Of a DNA stretch of 64,000 nucleotides, positions 39,696 to 53,200 are shown in pieces; positions within the stretch are counted from its first letter, which is position 1; every line of letters starts with the position of its first letter. The notes below the pieces were generated by a model. That model was not told the DNA's origin. It made no database searches and saw only the letters and a list, made by a program, of their open reading frames with translations. The stretch is from Mobula hypostoma (lineage: Eukaryota). The position numbers were made by a program, and so were the translations under genes. Where the stretch lies: positions 25,730,001-25,794,000 of the forward strand of contig NC_086117.1 of the NCBI RefSeq assembly GCF_963921235.1, given 5' to 3'.

Positions 39696-41269
39696 CGTAG
39701 GAACATAAACATAAAAGTCAAAGCTTTGCCCCTCTAATCCCGCCCTGCTTTCTTTCCACTCCAGAGCAGTTAATCTGGGGTTGAAATCACACACACATGC
39801 ATTAAAGGCTGCGCTTAACAGCCTTCTCTTTCCTCGTCCTAAATCTGTCAAAAACAAAAATAAAAAGAAACGAAAGAAGAGTTCCAAATATTTTAATGCC
39901 AGTAATAATACAGTCCAGACTCATGGGAGACGTGGCTAAAAATTCCCACTGCAAACTTTAAATTCGAGTTGTAAACTTCTAAAAAGGTGAAGGTGTGAAG
40001 ATTCAGAGAATCTCAGTATAAAAGTAGGCTGCTTGGCTCTTCTTGGAAATGTGGGTTAAGAACTCCAATCAATGAGGAGAACAATGTCTTAGCTTCATAT
40101 CCTCTATGTAAGCCAAGCCCATTACTATAGCAGGTATTCTCCAACTCAAAACACTGTCCTCATCAGGCAATGAAGTTCTAATTAAAATGTCTACACTGGA
40201 AAAGTTAATTCATCTGCTCTCTACAGATATTGAGTTTACTCCTGTACTTCATTGCTATCGATCTCAAGTGATGGGGTTTTGGAACAATATCAAAACCTTT
40301 GCCTGCTAACCACTCAGGGAAGCAGAAGACCTCAACTTGTCTGGGAAAAAAAAAGAATATCCAGGCACATGGGTGTCATCTGTACAGATGTGAGCTACTT
40401 TAAGGCAGGAAGCTACTAGAACAGGCTCTGAATGCTACAGTGTCCACATGAAGCACAACAACTGGAGGAGGCACCAGCTTGCAGATCTGCCCCCACTTTA
40501 TATTTTTTTAAAGAAGATTCTTTATATTTTATAATGGTTGAACTTTGTCTTTTACTGCATGTCATGCCCTGACCAACGCACCACAGCAAATTCCTAACAA
40601 ATGTAAATGTATATGGTGAATAAAGTTAACTCTTGTTAGGAGCCTTCCTTCTCGGGGGAAGCCTGAGGGGAACGGCGGTGGGGGGGGAGGGGGCGGGGGG
40701 GAAGATAAATAAATGAATCAGGAAAACAAACTTCCTTTTGTCTCCTATTCTTCTCTTGATAATTTTGAATTGTGAGAGAAGAAAAATATGGCAAACTCAT
40801 AACTGATTCTCATTGGTACATTTTAAACCCTCAGCTCAAGTGATTCCTCCTAAAGACCTAAAAAAATTTATATTGCACATTAGAGCCAATCAAGTGCTTT
40901 TGAGTTGTTTTCGGTAACATACAACCAATTTTGCATACATGTCCCAATGGGTTTGCTAACCAGAAATCTTATACCCCTCCCTCCCCCCTGCCCCCCAACA
41001 CCACCACTGTACCAGTTGAGGGATCTCTTTTTCACTGTCACAATTTATGTCTCATCTAGAGAGGAACCCATATTATCTACTAAGACATAGCTGACAACAT
41101 TTCCTACACATTTGTGAAGTATTTAGTACGATTTTTTTTTGAAATTCAAGTGTCTGAAACTCATTGACAAGAGCAATATGTATTACCCACCCCTGATTAT
41201 ACTTGAAATGATAGCGATGAAATACATTCTTACACTGCTGGGCTCCTTCTGGTGAAGGTAGCCCCACAA

Positions 41270-42640
41270 TGTGGTTGGGTTGGATATTTCTGGAGATAGA
41301 GCTACCAATGAAGAATGGCTGGTGTTATATTTTCAAGTTGGGATGGTGTGCTAATGGAAGGGGAAGCTTCAGGTGGAGGTGTTCCTGTGCCCTTGTTCTT
41401 CTCGGTTGTAGACGTTGCAGGTTTGTGAGGTACGGTTGGAGAAGCCTAAGGTAAATGCAATATAGTTTATTGATGGCACCGCCAGTGGAAAGACAATATC
41501 GGGATGCTTATCAAGAGGGCTGCTTAGCCCTTGATGGATTCAGGCTTCTTGAGAGTTGGCACTGCACACATCCTGGCAAGTGGAGAGTTTTTTTTTGAGC
41601 GTGCTCTTGATTTGTAGATGGTGGAAAAACATTGGGATGTCGTGAGGCAAGTCACTTGGGGCATGATATGCAACCTTTAATCTGCTCTTGAAGCCATTCT
41701 ATTTATGTGGCTGGTCCCAGAGAACACTTGGTCAATGACGTTGGCCAAATATTCCACAATGTTGATGGGAAGGACTTGCCAATGCTAAAGGGACTGAGTG
41801 CCAATAGGTGGTGGTTAGGGTCTCTCTTACTGGAGATGGTCAAAGCCTGGCACTATTGTGGAGCAAAAGTTACTTGCCACTTATGAACACATGCCTAAGT
41901 GTTTCCTTGGTCTGGCTACATGCAGGCATGAGCTGCTTTGTTTACTGAGGAGATACAAATGGATCTTAACATTTATGCAATCATCAACCAACATTCTCAC
42001 ATCTGACTTTATGATGAAAGGAAGTTTATTGATGAAGCAGCTGGAGATGTTTGAGTTAGGAAGTGCCCTGAGGAGTTCTTGCAGCAAAGTCATGAGGCTG
42101 GTATGACCAACCTGTGACAACTAAACCCATCTTCTGTACATTGGATGACTCCAGCCAATGGAGGATGTACCCTTTGACACCCATTGTCTACAATTTTACC
42201 AGTGCATGTTAATGCCATAGTGGTCACTGCCCCCTTGAGGTTAAGGGCAGTCCCTCTCACCGGATCCCCACAATACACCTCTTTGCACCATGCTTGGACC
42301 AAGACCTGAGGTCAAGTATCAAGCCCAAACTATGCACCAGTAAACAGATCATTGGTGAACTTGATGACAGCTTCCATTGCATCAACGACGATTGAGAACA
42401 GGCTGATTGGGCAGTTGCTAACTGGATCGCATTTGTGCTGCTTTTTTGTTAACAGGACCAAGGTTTTTGTGGACTGCATTTGCCCTGCTTGGGTTATTCA
42501 AGGGCAAGTAGTGAACAAATTATTGGAAAGTAACTGCCACCTGACAGCCCTGTTAGACACATGGCTGATGATGGACAGTAGGCTCATAACAATTAACTTT
42601 AATTAGTTTGGCCTGCCTTTTTTGTGAATTGAACACAACC
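41270..42640 (-). mobile_element. Degenerate non-LTR RT fragment (a related copy lies on + at about 14870-16220)
   Basis: Residual PQG.., FSCFIN.LP.II.S.V.M..DDC motif (ORF 41881..42120). Confidence 0.65.
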
Positions 42641-43339
42641 AGGGCAATTTTCAAACAAAATCAACATTTACCTTACAGAGGCACTAGATGACATAGAATT
42701 AATTCATGCCTTCGGGATTTGATTGACTAATAAAACTAATAACATCAACCCCTCAACCATTTTATTTTAATTTTCTCCATCATATATGCACTTCCAGACA
42801 TCCCCTGGGTTTCATACTGCATTCCATAATGTGATTGGGAAGAGTAGTAATGATTTAGAAACAAATTAGGCAAATGGAGTGAAGGAAGAGATCAACCTGA
42901 ACATTTTTAGACTCAGTTTGTCTGTTCTTCTGTCCTCATTTGCCAATCAGAGTTCCCAACGCCAACCAGTAAATTATTTTCAAACATTGATCAGAAACAT
43001 TATGAATGGATGAATTTCCCTGACAGTGGAAGAGCAATGGAAGCAATGGTAGGGTTAGGACTGCCAGCTTGACTTGAAATACAAAGGAAAAATCTATTCT
43101 CGCACCTGGTAAGCCAACCTACTAAACACAATCTTCAGCTTGTGAGAGCAAACTCTAGAGTCACAAGTGAGAACACAGCTGTTGCTCAGATAACGAATGT
43201 GGGGGTGGGGGGGGTGGTTGGCTGAAGAGAAATGTCGGTATGGTCTATCTACAATTAGCTGCCCTTCCCTTTCATGTATGCCCCAGTATGCAAGGAGCTA
43301 AATCTAGTTTGAAATATTCAAATTACTATTAATACAACA

Positions 43340-44168
43340 GCCTGCCCTTTCAAAGCACATTATCAAAGAGTTATGCACCTTGAAAATGGTCTGCTTACAG
43401 GCAGCCACAGAGCAAGAGCCCTGAATAACCCAATAAAACAAAGACCCAAACACCACTGCGCAGTGAGAGAGAGAGAGAAAAAAAGAAGCATGCATCATGC
43501 AAACAATAGATGCAAGCCAACAGCATACTGAACTGGACTGAGTCCCAGATCCACTCCTGCAGCATCTGGAGCAGGCCCAAAGCCTTGGTCCCCAGTTCAT
43601 CACACCAGCAGAGCAGAAGTGCTCAGCAACCGGATGAGTTCACAACCTCGGCGCCGTGGAGTAAGGAATAAACATTCGCGGGAGAGTGAGTGAAATCAGC
43701 CCAACCCTCGCCTCTGTACCCAACATTTGGAGTTCCAGTCTACCCGGACCGACATTTAAATTGTCCGAGCACCGAGTAGTACCACGTTCTAGGACCTGGA
43801 TCCTGGAGCCCCGATACACTGGAGCCACCCAGCCTGTTCTCGATCTCACCAAATCCACTCGGCGTTTGCACCCAGATTAGGTGGGCAGGCATTGAAACTC
43901 TTCCCCCTTGACTCCTCTCCAAAGCGCTCACTCCATCTCCAACAGCGATACCAACTCCATCTGCGACCCCAGCTTGAACACGTTGCGCCTCGCAATGCCC
44001 TAGCACAGCTCATCCTCCAAACCAACCTCACCTCAGTTTGCCTCCTCACTGTCTGTGGAGATAGTTCACCACAATTTTATTTAAAAATTGTTATAAGTAA
44101 CGTTTTTAGTTGAATCTCTTGCCTCATGATTTACCAGTAAGTTGTACATCTTCAGAGGCACCATCTTA
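43340..44168 (-). repeat. Non-autonomous retroposon-like repeat (related pieces at about 1930-2520 and 13995-14400)
   Basis: Shared segments such as CTTGCAGGCAGCCACA and GAACTGAG among the three loci; the 5' end on the minus strand begins AAGATGG; no ORF. Confidence 0.5.
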
Positions 44169-44486
44169 ATCCACAAACCCTTTATAACTAAGTTGGCATA
44201 ATTATGCGTTGGACAGAATTGTTCAGTCATTATTTTACAACGACTGTTGAACTGTAAACCGAATAGTTCGAATATCAAGGATATGGGTCCCACAAGTTAA
44301 GAGCAATCAGACGAAATAAGCTGACGATTAAACTTGTCACACATGTTGACATGAATGTTTAAAAGGGAGTCACGTTTTACTAGTTATTCTGAGGCACTCG
44401 GGTTTCCACAATTCTAAATTAATTGAAGGGCAAAAACTGGAAGGTTCTAGAAACAGCTGTTGTGGAAAGTGAAGCACAGTTAGCGG

Positions 44487-45367
44487 TTCAGAATCAGGTT
44501 TAATATCACTGGCATATGTCGTGAAATTTATTGCTTTGTGGCAGCAGTACAATGCAATACCTAACAACTATAAATTACAATAAGTAAATTATATATAAAA
44601 ATTAAATTAAATAAGTACTGCAAAAAGAGTGGGGAAAAAAGAGGTAGTTTTCATGGATCCATTGTCCATTCAGAAATCTGATGCTGGAGGAGAAGAAGCT
44701 GTTCCTGAAATGTTGAGTGCCTTCAGGCTCCTGTACCTCCTCCTTCACGGTAGCAATGAGAGTGCATGAGCTGGGCCATGGGGATCCTCAATGATTGATG
44801 CTGGCTTTTTGAGGCATGGGCCTTTTGAAGGTGCCCTGGATGCTGGGAAGGCTAGTACCCATAACAGAGCAGACCAAGTTTACAACTTTCTGCAGCTCTT
44901 TCCAATCCTGTGCAGAGGCTCTTCCGTACCAGACAGTGATGCAAACAACTAGAATGTTCTCCACGGTACATTTGTCGAAATTCGCGAGTATCTTTGCAGA
45001 CATACCCGGTCTCCTCAAATTCCTAATGACAAATAGCTGCTGTCATGCCTTCTTTGCAATTGCATCAATACGTTGTGCTGAGGACAGATTCTCAGAGATG
45101 GTGACACACAGGAACTTAAAACTACTCATCCTTTCCACTTCCAATCCCTCAATAAGGTGTGTTTTCCTTCAACTTCCCCTTCCTGAAGTCCACAATCAAT
45201 TGCTTCGTCTTACTGACACTGAGTGCAAGGTTGTTGTCGTGATACCACTCAACAGGCTGACCTCTCTCACTCTTGTACGCCGCCTCATCACCATCTGAAA
45301 TTCTGTCAACAATAACTGTGTCGTCGGCAAATTTATAGATGCCACTTGAACTGTGCCTTGCCACACA
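44487..45367 (-). mobile_element. Rex1/Babar-type LINE fragment
   Basis: IYKFADDT...KTKQLIVDFRK (ORF 45149..45364); tail AAACCTGATTCTGA. Confidence 0.88.
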
Positions 45368-47567
45368 TTCATTTTTAGGTCAATAACTCTTCATTAGAAC
45401 CTGGAACAGTTGATAATCAGACATGTTTTTAAAAGTTGCAGAGAAGGGGGAGGGGAAAGACAACTATGGGAAGGTCTGGGATCGGATGGAGACTAAGCGA
45501 GACTAAATGACACAAATGATGTTGGTGCTGGGTGACAGAGGGTATTAAGACTTGTTGCTAAACGAGAGTGGCCTTCAGCACCACCCCCCCTCCTTCCTCA
45601 ACCAACATCAACACCATCAATCAGTCCATTTTGGACTTCATTCTTTCACAGACGTTCACCTTGTTCTCTCAACTCATCCCATTTTCTCTGTGTCATAAGG
45701 CCCTGTTCATTTTTAAGCATTTCCAGTTCTCATTGAACCAAAGCTTTAACTGCTTCACTTTCCACCGATGCTGCCTCATTAGCCGAGTACTTACACCAAA
45801 CAAAAGATGGAAATGAAGAAATACCAGCTTGGCCCAGCTGCTAGAGCTCAAACTTCAGAATCAGACCTCCGTGGGCTCTTGCTGTACACTGTGTATTTGA
45901 GTTTGACAAAACTAGAGTGCGATAAGGAAACAGGCCCTTCAAAACAAACCATCTCACACTCATTTACATCAATCTTATCCTAATCCACTTTGTCCTCTCA
46001 ATATTCCCATCAACTCTCCCCAGATTCTACACTCATTGACACATTAGGGACAATTTTTTTTTAATATACAAGGTTCCCAATTCAGGCTATGCCATCAAGA
46101 GGAGAACCTTCAATTCACACGCTGCATTTCAGAGCCTGAAGATGATGCTGATAGCAGACCACATGAAGCTGAATGTCATTCCAAAAATTCTACTTGTACT
46201 CAGTCAGCTGATAAGCCAAACAATTCTGCCTTCAGGCTAACAGAGGTTGCGTTTTCAAAAGCAAATATTTATTGCAAGTATCCAAATGTTAAGTACCTTT
46301 CATGGGGTAGGGCAGTTCTGTGCAACCTTTGTAACTGAATCAAGTTTAGTGTACAGACAACATGCAGCATTGCACTTTTGCATGTAAATAAAGATTTATT
46401 AGGCACAACACCATTTTTTGGCTGAGTGGCAACAAAGCAGAGACAATAAGCTCATGACCTGTTCTAGAGGCTTGTCAATCTGAAGTAGAGACTAGATGAC
46501 TTTGGTTTAGAATTTACATGTGAATCTTAATTTCAACACCCCTCACACCACCTGCTCAAAGCACAAAGTTCTGCCTGAAACACGAGCTCACAGTCCCTCA
46601 CAGTGCAACATTCCCACGGTCTGCTGGGGATATCTGACCCACCGCTCAAAGCAGAGGGACACTCAGGATGGTGCTGGAAGTCTCAAGGTCATACATTTGG
46701 GGCACTGTTCAAGTAACAGAAAGCGTGCAACACACGTCAAGCTATCCAGCCATCTCCTCAGACTCTTTCTGTCTCCACTGCCGGAACTCCCACTTGGCTT
46801 CATTAGCCACATCAGAACCTACAAAGCCAGAGTAAGTCATTTCAATCCTGAGTGACTGCTTAAGGAGCTGAATTGCCCACACACAGCATTAACGTTTACC
46901 TGGATATCTCTCCAGAATTAGGGCTGAGAGGCAAGAGACATTTGAAGGGATGTTTACTTTTATCTTATTTTAGTCCAAAGTCCACACAAAGACAAAGTGT
47001 AGATTGGAATTAACCAACTGAAGCCGAGGACAGAAATGTGGTTTTTGCTGAACGAGAAAATAAACTAGAAAGGAAAGGGCCTCGGCTTCTAAACAAGTCC
47101 ATCCAATCCAATGCCTTAGCTCTAAAAACTAAATCAGAATGGGGGGAGAAATATTGAGAGATGATCCTAACAAAAAACAAACTTAAACTCACTAAAGAAA
47201 CGCATGTCCATGACATGCAGTCATTATCATTTCATGATCATTGCTATTTTCCCAGCCCGCCCAATACATTCACTCCTACTACCCCGTTCATTCTTCTTGT
47301 TGAACCTAGACAGTTTTAACGGACTGTTTCACCATGAAAGGCATTACATTATTCCAGCAGGGAATCAAATGTGACAGGCCCGCCTACTTTTAGGCAGGCT
47401 CAGTCAAATAAGCAAGTTCACACAAAGTATGACCTCTATTCCCTGACCACCACAACTCATTTCCACAGGGACTTCAAGTTCCAGGCAGCCCAATTAAATG
47501 ACAACGTAATACTGAGGTGCAAATACATGGATACCAAAACAAATACGACATGATTGTTCAAACTTAC

Positions 47568-47594
47568 CAAAGCACGTCCTAAAATCCCCAACAT
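47568..47594 (-). CDS. CRAT: CRAT coding exon 1 (MLGILGRAL; start of putative mitochondrial leader)
   Basis: ATG TTG GGG ATT TTA GGA CGT GCT TTG followed by donor GTAAGT. 27 nt, phase 0, the same size as human exon 1 (MLAFAARTV). Lies about 600 bp from the PTPA ATG. Confidence 0.85.
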
Positions 47595-48195
47595 TTTCCC
47601 TTCCCACCGCTGGACCAAAAGTTAAGCTTCAAAACATCAGTACGACAACCCAAATAAGATCAGAAGGCGGGGTGAACACCTTGAGTGGCGTTATCATTCT
47701 CTTATCACCCTGCAGATCTGTGACACAAACGCATCAATCAGCAATCAGCAACGGGACGTTACTCTTGGTCTCCATGTTTGTGCGGGGCAAAAGCGCCCTG
47801 CGAACTAGAAAATATGTTAATTTTTTTACACTAGTCAACTTTTGTTAAGGGAGAACGGATGTAGCTTATAAAACGTTTAAAATTATTTATGGCCCTAAAA
47901 GAATGGTTTAAAAAAACTAGTTAAAAGGACAGCGTGCCCCTCACAATAATGGAAGGTCAGTATTTTGATTTTTAACTTAGTTATTCTTCCCACAGTTGTC
48001 GCAGATAGAAACTTCAATATTAGAACGTTATTCGTGTTTCTCTCACTCTTGAATGCAACTAAGTTGTGTACAACTGCATATTTTTTGCAGGAGGCCGAGG
48101 TGACAAGGTGAGAAAGGTCGAAGATCGAAGGGTGGGTGAGGAGTTGTGTTGCACTTCCGGGTTGGGCGTTGTGAAGGAGTTTGCAGGGTGTAAAT
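47595..48195. promoter_or_regulatory. CRAT/PTPA bidirectional promoter and 5' UTRs
   Basis: 601 bp between divergent ATGs; ETS/GABP-type CACTTCCGG at 48152-48160; GC-box-like GGCGGGG near 47666; local CpG enrichment. Confidence 0.8.
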
Positions 48196-48217
48196 ATGGC
48201 AGGTTCCAGTGAGTCAG
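48196..48217 (+). CDS. PTPA: PTPA (PP2A activator) coding exon 1 (MAGSSES G)
   Basis: AAT-ATG-G Kozak context; donor CAG|GTCAGT; phase 1 fits exon 2; head-to-head with CRAT as in mammals. Confidence 0.75.
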
Positions 48218-49630
48218 GTCAGTATCTGGGCAATTGTGCTGCCTTCCTTGTTTATTCTGGAAGGGGCTTCACTGACCAATCTCCCTTCTTACTTCTGACT
48301 CATGTGCTGATAAGTATTTGTCTACATGCATGTAATGTTGATGTATTTCAATCTAACCATAGCTGGCCCTGGTGTGATACAAAGAGCTTGAGTAATTGAA
48401 TATTACTTATTAATTTCTAATTCATCTTTTTAAAAAAACTTGGCAATTAATGAATCCCAGACGCTTAGTAAAAGTTCCGACCAGGTCTATGAATGAACAG
48501 ATACCAATGAAGCTTTTTCAGACTACAAACATAGTCCGTCATTCATTGATATCGTGGCTTATCTGTTTTATGTATTTGGTTCTGTATCTCTTAAATGCCT
48601 TTAGACGCGGACAATTGAAGTACTGACTAAAGGTGAAATGGGGGAGGGGTGTCATAGAGTAGGAAATAATTGAAAAAGGACGTGCATATTAAACGTACCT
48701 AATATTCCCATTTTAAACGTGTGCCTTTTGTTTTCCTGGTGCTAGTAATGTCAGCATAGTACTTTCACTAACGGAAAGGTCTAATGTAAAAAGTCGATCA
48801 ATTTACAAAAGCAGAATATGTATTCAGTTGTTAAGTTCACTCTTTTGTAATTTGTAAAATGGAGATGTTACCAAGTCCACAGTAAACATTGAGCTGTAAA
48901 GTAAGCTTTTATAACAAGTATCACTCACCTGAAATTTGGGTCTGTAACACAGAAACTAGACAGGATGAGAATGGCAGGATTCCTTCCCTGAGCCAGATGA
49001 GTTTATTTGACAGACTAGTCTTCAATATTTATTATTACTGAATCAGCATTATTTTTTAAATGCTGCAGATTTGTTTGACTACTAAAATCTAAGTTTCCAT
49101 TTGAGATGGTGGGATTTAAACTAATGCATCTTGATCATTAACTCAGCCAGGATGATATGGGACCTATTCCAGGGTCTTAATTCTCATAATCGGTGCCATC
49201 ATTTTTGTGCAGCAGTGAAGGAGTTCTGTGTTACAGAAGTCATGTCTTTCAGATAAGCTGTTAAATTAAGACCTACTTTGATATCTTGGTTAGTGTGGGA
49301 GTTTAAGATATTCCTTGCAGAAGGGAGCTCTCCTAGATGTCCTGCCTTTTGCATTTCTCCAATTCTGATTTCATTGCAAGACAGTAAATGAAAGAAATGA
49401 AAAGCTGCAGGTGTAGAAAATCTTAAAACAAAACCAGAAATGTTGGGCACATTCAGCAGTTCAGGTAGTATCTGTGAAAAGGTATAAACGGTCAATGTTT
49501 CTGGTTGAAGACCTTTCATCTGGGACAGTGGGGGTGGGGAAGAAAAAATAATTTAGTTGTAAGCAGTAAGGACAGGGATGGAAAGGTGTAAATTCTGTTT
49601 TGGGTTCAGCTCAGCGGTGATGTGAGGATT

Positions 49631-50075
49631 AGACCATAAGACAAAGGAGCAGAAGTCGGCCATTTGGCCCATCGAGTCTGCTCCACCACTTTATCATGAG
49701 CTAGTCCATTTTCCCATTTAATCCCACTCCTCCGCCTTCTCACTATAACCTTTGATGCCCTGGCTACTCAGATACCTATCAATCTCTGCCTTAAGTATAC
49801 CCAATGACTTGGCCTCCACTGCCGCCCGTGGCAACAAATTCCATTGATTCACCACCGTTTGGCTAAAAAAAATTTCTTCACATCTCTGTTCTGAATGGGT
49901 GCCCTTCAATTCTTAAGTCATGCCCTCTCGTACTACACTCCCCCACCATGGGAAACAATTTTACCACATCCATTCTGTCCATGCCTTTCAACATTCGAAC
50001 TGTTTCTATGAGGTTCCCCCTCATTCTTCTAAATCCAAGGAATACAGTCCAAGAGTGGACAAACGTTCCTCATTA
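49631..50075 (-). mobile_element. CR1 3' fragment
   Basis: FFSQTVVNQWNLLP...KAEIDRYL; (CTTATGGT)n tail. Confidence 0.85.
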
Positions 50076-50944
50076 TTTGTTTTTTTTTAATGATTTTGCT
50101 TTATGTGGGACTTTGTTGTGTGAGATTGGCTGCTACAATTCCTACATTAAATTATTCACTGCTCTTCAAAAGTTCATTGTGAGCTGTAAAAGTGCTCCAT
50201 GAAAAGTCCTGTATGGCTGTCATTTCTCTCTGTCCAGGGGGCATGTGAATTTCTTTTTCCCAGGCTATTAGGAATAATATACATTGTGGAAAAGCCCTCG
50301 TAAATATTCTTCTTCTCTCTCCTGCACAAGTCCTATTCAGTTTTCCACTCTTTCCACAAGGTAGTGATTTAAGCAGTAGTTTAATTTCTAGCCCTTAGCT
50401 GTCCTTCATATACAAGTATGTATATTATTACTGTCTCGTTTTGGGGAACGTTATTTAACATCCTGACACTAAATGGTTGTCTAGTGTTTCCGTACGTGCA
50501 TAGTGGCAGAGCTTATGACTAGGACATCCTTGCTTTGATTGGAGCTGTGCAGACTATACATATTGCTGCATTTTTAGAACAAGCTGCAGGCAGATCAATT
50601 TGTGTGTGAATATTATGGCATTAGTATGCTGCAGGAAAGGATGGCAAATCGGCCTGTATATCTTGAAATATTCTTTCTTACCCCGTTACAGCATCTGCTA
50701 TATTCTAGCTTAGTATTGGCTAATAAGTATTTAAGTAATGTCTGCCTGGTATTGAAGATAGGCTCATCTTGCACAACCAAAGTCTTTCATCAGCTTCTGT
50801 GGCAGAGGAACAAGTAACATTTTGTATGGGCAATTAACAAAATTTTTCCTCCCAGGTTTTTTCCCCTTTTCTTCTGAGGGCTACCAGTCTCAAAACAGAG
50901 CAAATAGGTACCAACAATGATCTTGTATTCTATCTTAATAACAG

Positions 50945-51400
50945 AGCATAAAACATCGAACATTATAGCACAGTACAGGCCCTTTGGCCCACGATGTGGT
51001 GCCAATCTTTTAACCTAATCTAAGATCAACCTACTGAGCCGTCCATTTTCGTATCATCCATGTGCTTATGTAAGAGCCCCTAATGTATTTGCCTTTTCTA
51101 CCTTTCCATGCACCCTCTACCTTCTGTGCAAAAAAAAATTACCTCTGACATTCCCCCCCCCCCCAATACTTTTCTCCAGTCGCCTTAAAATTATGCCCTC
51201 TTGTATTAGCCTTTGCGACCCTGGGAAAAAGCCTCTGGCTAGTCACTCGATCTATGCCTCTTATCATCCTGTACACCTCTCTCAAGTCACTGCTCATCCT
51301 CCTCTGCTCCAAAGAGGAAAGCCCTAGCTCACTCAACCTATCCTCATAACACGTGCCCTCTAGTCCAGACAGCACCCTGGTAAATCTCTGCACCCACTCT
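50945..51400 (-). mobile_element. CR1 3' fragment
   Basis: QRFTR..SGLEG..YEDRL.ELGL.SLE...TRGH (ORF 51139..51393). Confidence 0.85.
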
Positions 51401-52399
51401 AATATTCCCCCTTGTACATTCTTTACTAAAGTACTTGGTATTCACTTAATTGTTTAAGTAAACTCAGGTAGGTTGAAGGATAATAAACAAATTTAAAACT
51501 ACAAGACTTTGGTTGTGCAATATGAGCCTATCTTCAATACTCTTCAGGAGGGATAACAAGGTTAGAGACTAGGTGTCTATGCGAAGAATGTTGTGGTTGT
51601 TAGAGGTCAATTATTCCAGCCCATGTTCTCAGTGCCCGAGGCTCAAAATGTTTCATGTTGCATCGTCCATAACCTTTCAGTTGTAAGCAGAGTGATGATG
51701 ATTGTACAATGATCCGTTTGCAACTCCTTAGCAAGTACACCATCCGTCACTGCAATGCAGCAATGCCCTGGCAAGTAGCAAGTAACATTTAAGCCACAAA
51801 AGTGCCAGGCAGGGTCCACCTTCTAGTCAAGTGTAATGCTTTGGGTGTTCACAATGTGGTATCCTGTACATTGGAGAAACCAGTTGCACTTCGGGTGATG
51901 CTGATCTTTCCTTTGCTTGCCACTCTGATTCTTCATGTCACTGTCACTCTGACCTATCAGTCTGTGGCCTCTGGCCCTATAACAATGAGGAACAGCACCT
52001 CAATCTTTTGGGCAAGATGCTGACATCTGGACCTCTCTTGAATTCTGCAACGTTGAGTAACTTGTTTTCTTGGTCATCAGATGCGATATTGGCTCAGTAT
52101 TGTTGTATTCCACCCTCGTGTTTTCTCTGGGAATTACAAGTCCTGCTCTGCCTGACCTGCTGGGCATTTCAACCTCGTACAGTCTTTTGTTCACGTTCTC
52201 ACCTTCTGACTGTTCCCATTCACCCACTGACTAGATAATCTTGTTTACATTGTATCTCCGTGGTCAACTGCAATGTAGCAGTTGTTTTTCCCCCTCCGTA
52301 CACGTTATCACTGTCGGGTTCCTCACCAATTTGAACAGTATTCTCACTCATCACTGACTCAAAGTCCTGGAGCTCCCACAAAGCAGCAGAATGGGAGTT

Positions 52400-53200
52400 G
52401 GAGGACTCCATTGGTCAGGGTCAACCATGGATGCTGCGTCCTAGCTATCTAAATACGCAAGTCAGAATCGTACAATGTTGAAAGCAAGCTGTTGCCCTTG
52501 TAGCAAGCTCCTCCTCTCCATGCATCTGATGAACCCCAAGGAACGGCAAAGACTGATACAGTTTGGCACCAGGAGCATTGCAGGAATTGCCAGTCAGCAC
52601 TGAACTCAATGTAGCACTGCCTTAGACCATAAGACATAGGAGCAGAATTAGGCCATCTGGCCCATCGCGTCTGCTCCACCATTCAATCATGGCTGACCCT
52701 TTTTTTCTATCTTCTCTTCAACCCCAGTTCCCAGCCTTCTCCCCGTAACCTTTGATACCATGTCCAATCAAGAACCTATCAATCTCTGCCTGAAGTACAC
52801 CCAACAACCTGGCCTCCACAGCTGCCTGTGGCACCAAATTCCACAAATTCACCACCCTTTGGCTTAGGGGCTCCAGTTATGGATTTTTCTCTTGGTTACT
52901 CCCAAGGCCTTCCCCATGAGTGGATATAGCTGCAAGGCAGTAGAGCTTTGAGATCAGAGTTTTCTTCTCCTAGATGAGCTGCCAACCACAGCTGACAAGT
53001 TCCATCTGCCTGAAACTAATGGTTTTAAGGTGCCAGTAAGTCACCTTCGCCCCTTCTATTGGTAAAGGTGGTTCAGCCAGTTTAGGAGGGACACGTGTAG
53101 GCCAGGAGCTGAACTTGGTTGTCAGAGGCTATTGGAGCCGCATGCTTTTGGGAGCATTTAGTAAGTAGTGGGAACTTATCCTCGTTGCCACCCCCACCTA
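52400..53200 (-). mobile_element. RTE-related non-coding element interrupted by a CR1 3' end (about 52626-52862)
   Basis: Recalled RTE 5'-UTR-like segment GGTTGGCAGCTCATCTAGGAGAAGAAAACTCTG on the minus strand; CR1 insert flanked by CTTAG. Confidence 0.55.

Noticed and set aside
42670-42710. Another ATG plus GTAAAT donor in CRAT intron 1
   Set aside because: The 23-nt coding stretch is out of phase with exon 2 and has no homology support.
53040-53200. Possible HDV-like ribozyme at the 5' end of the RTE-related element
   Set aside because: Could not assemble a convincing nested double pseudoknot by eye; needs a covariance-model search.
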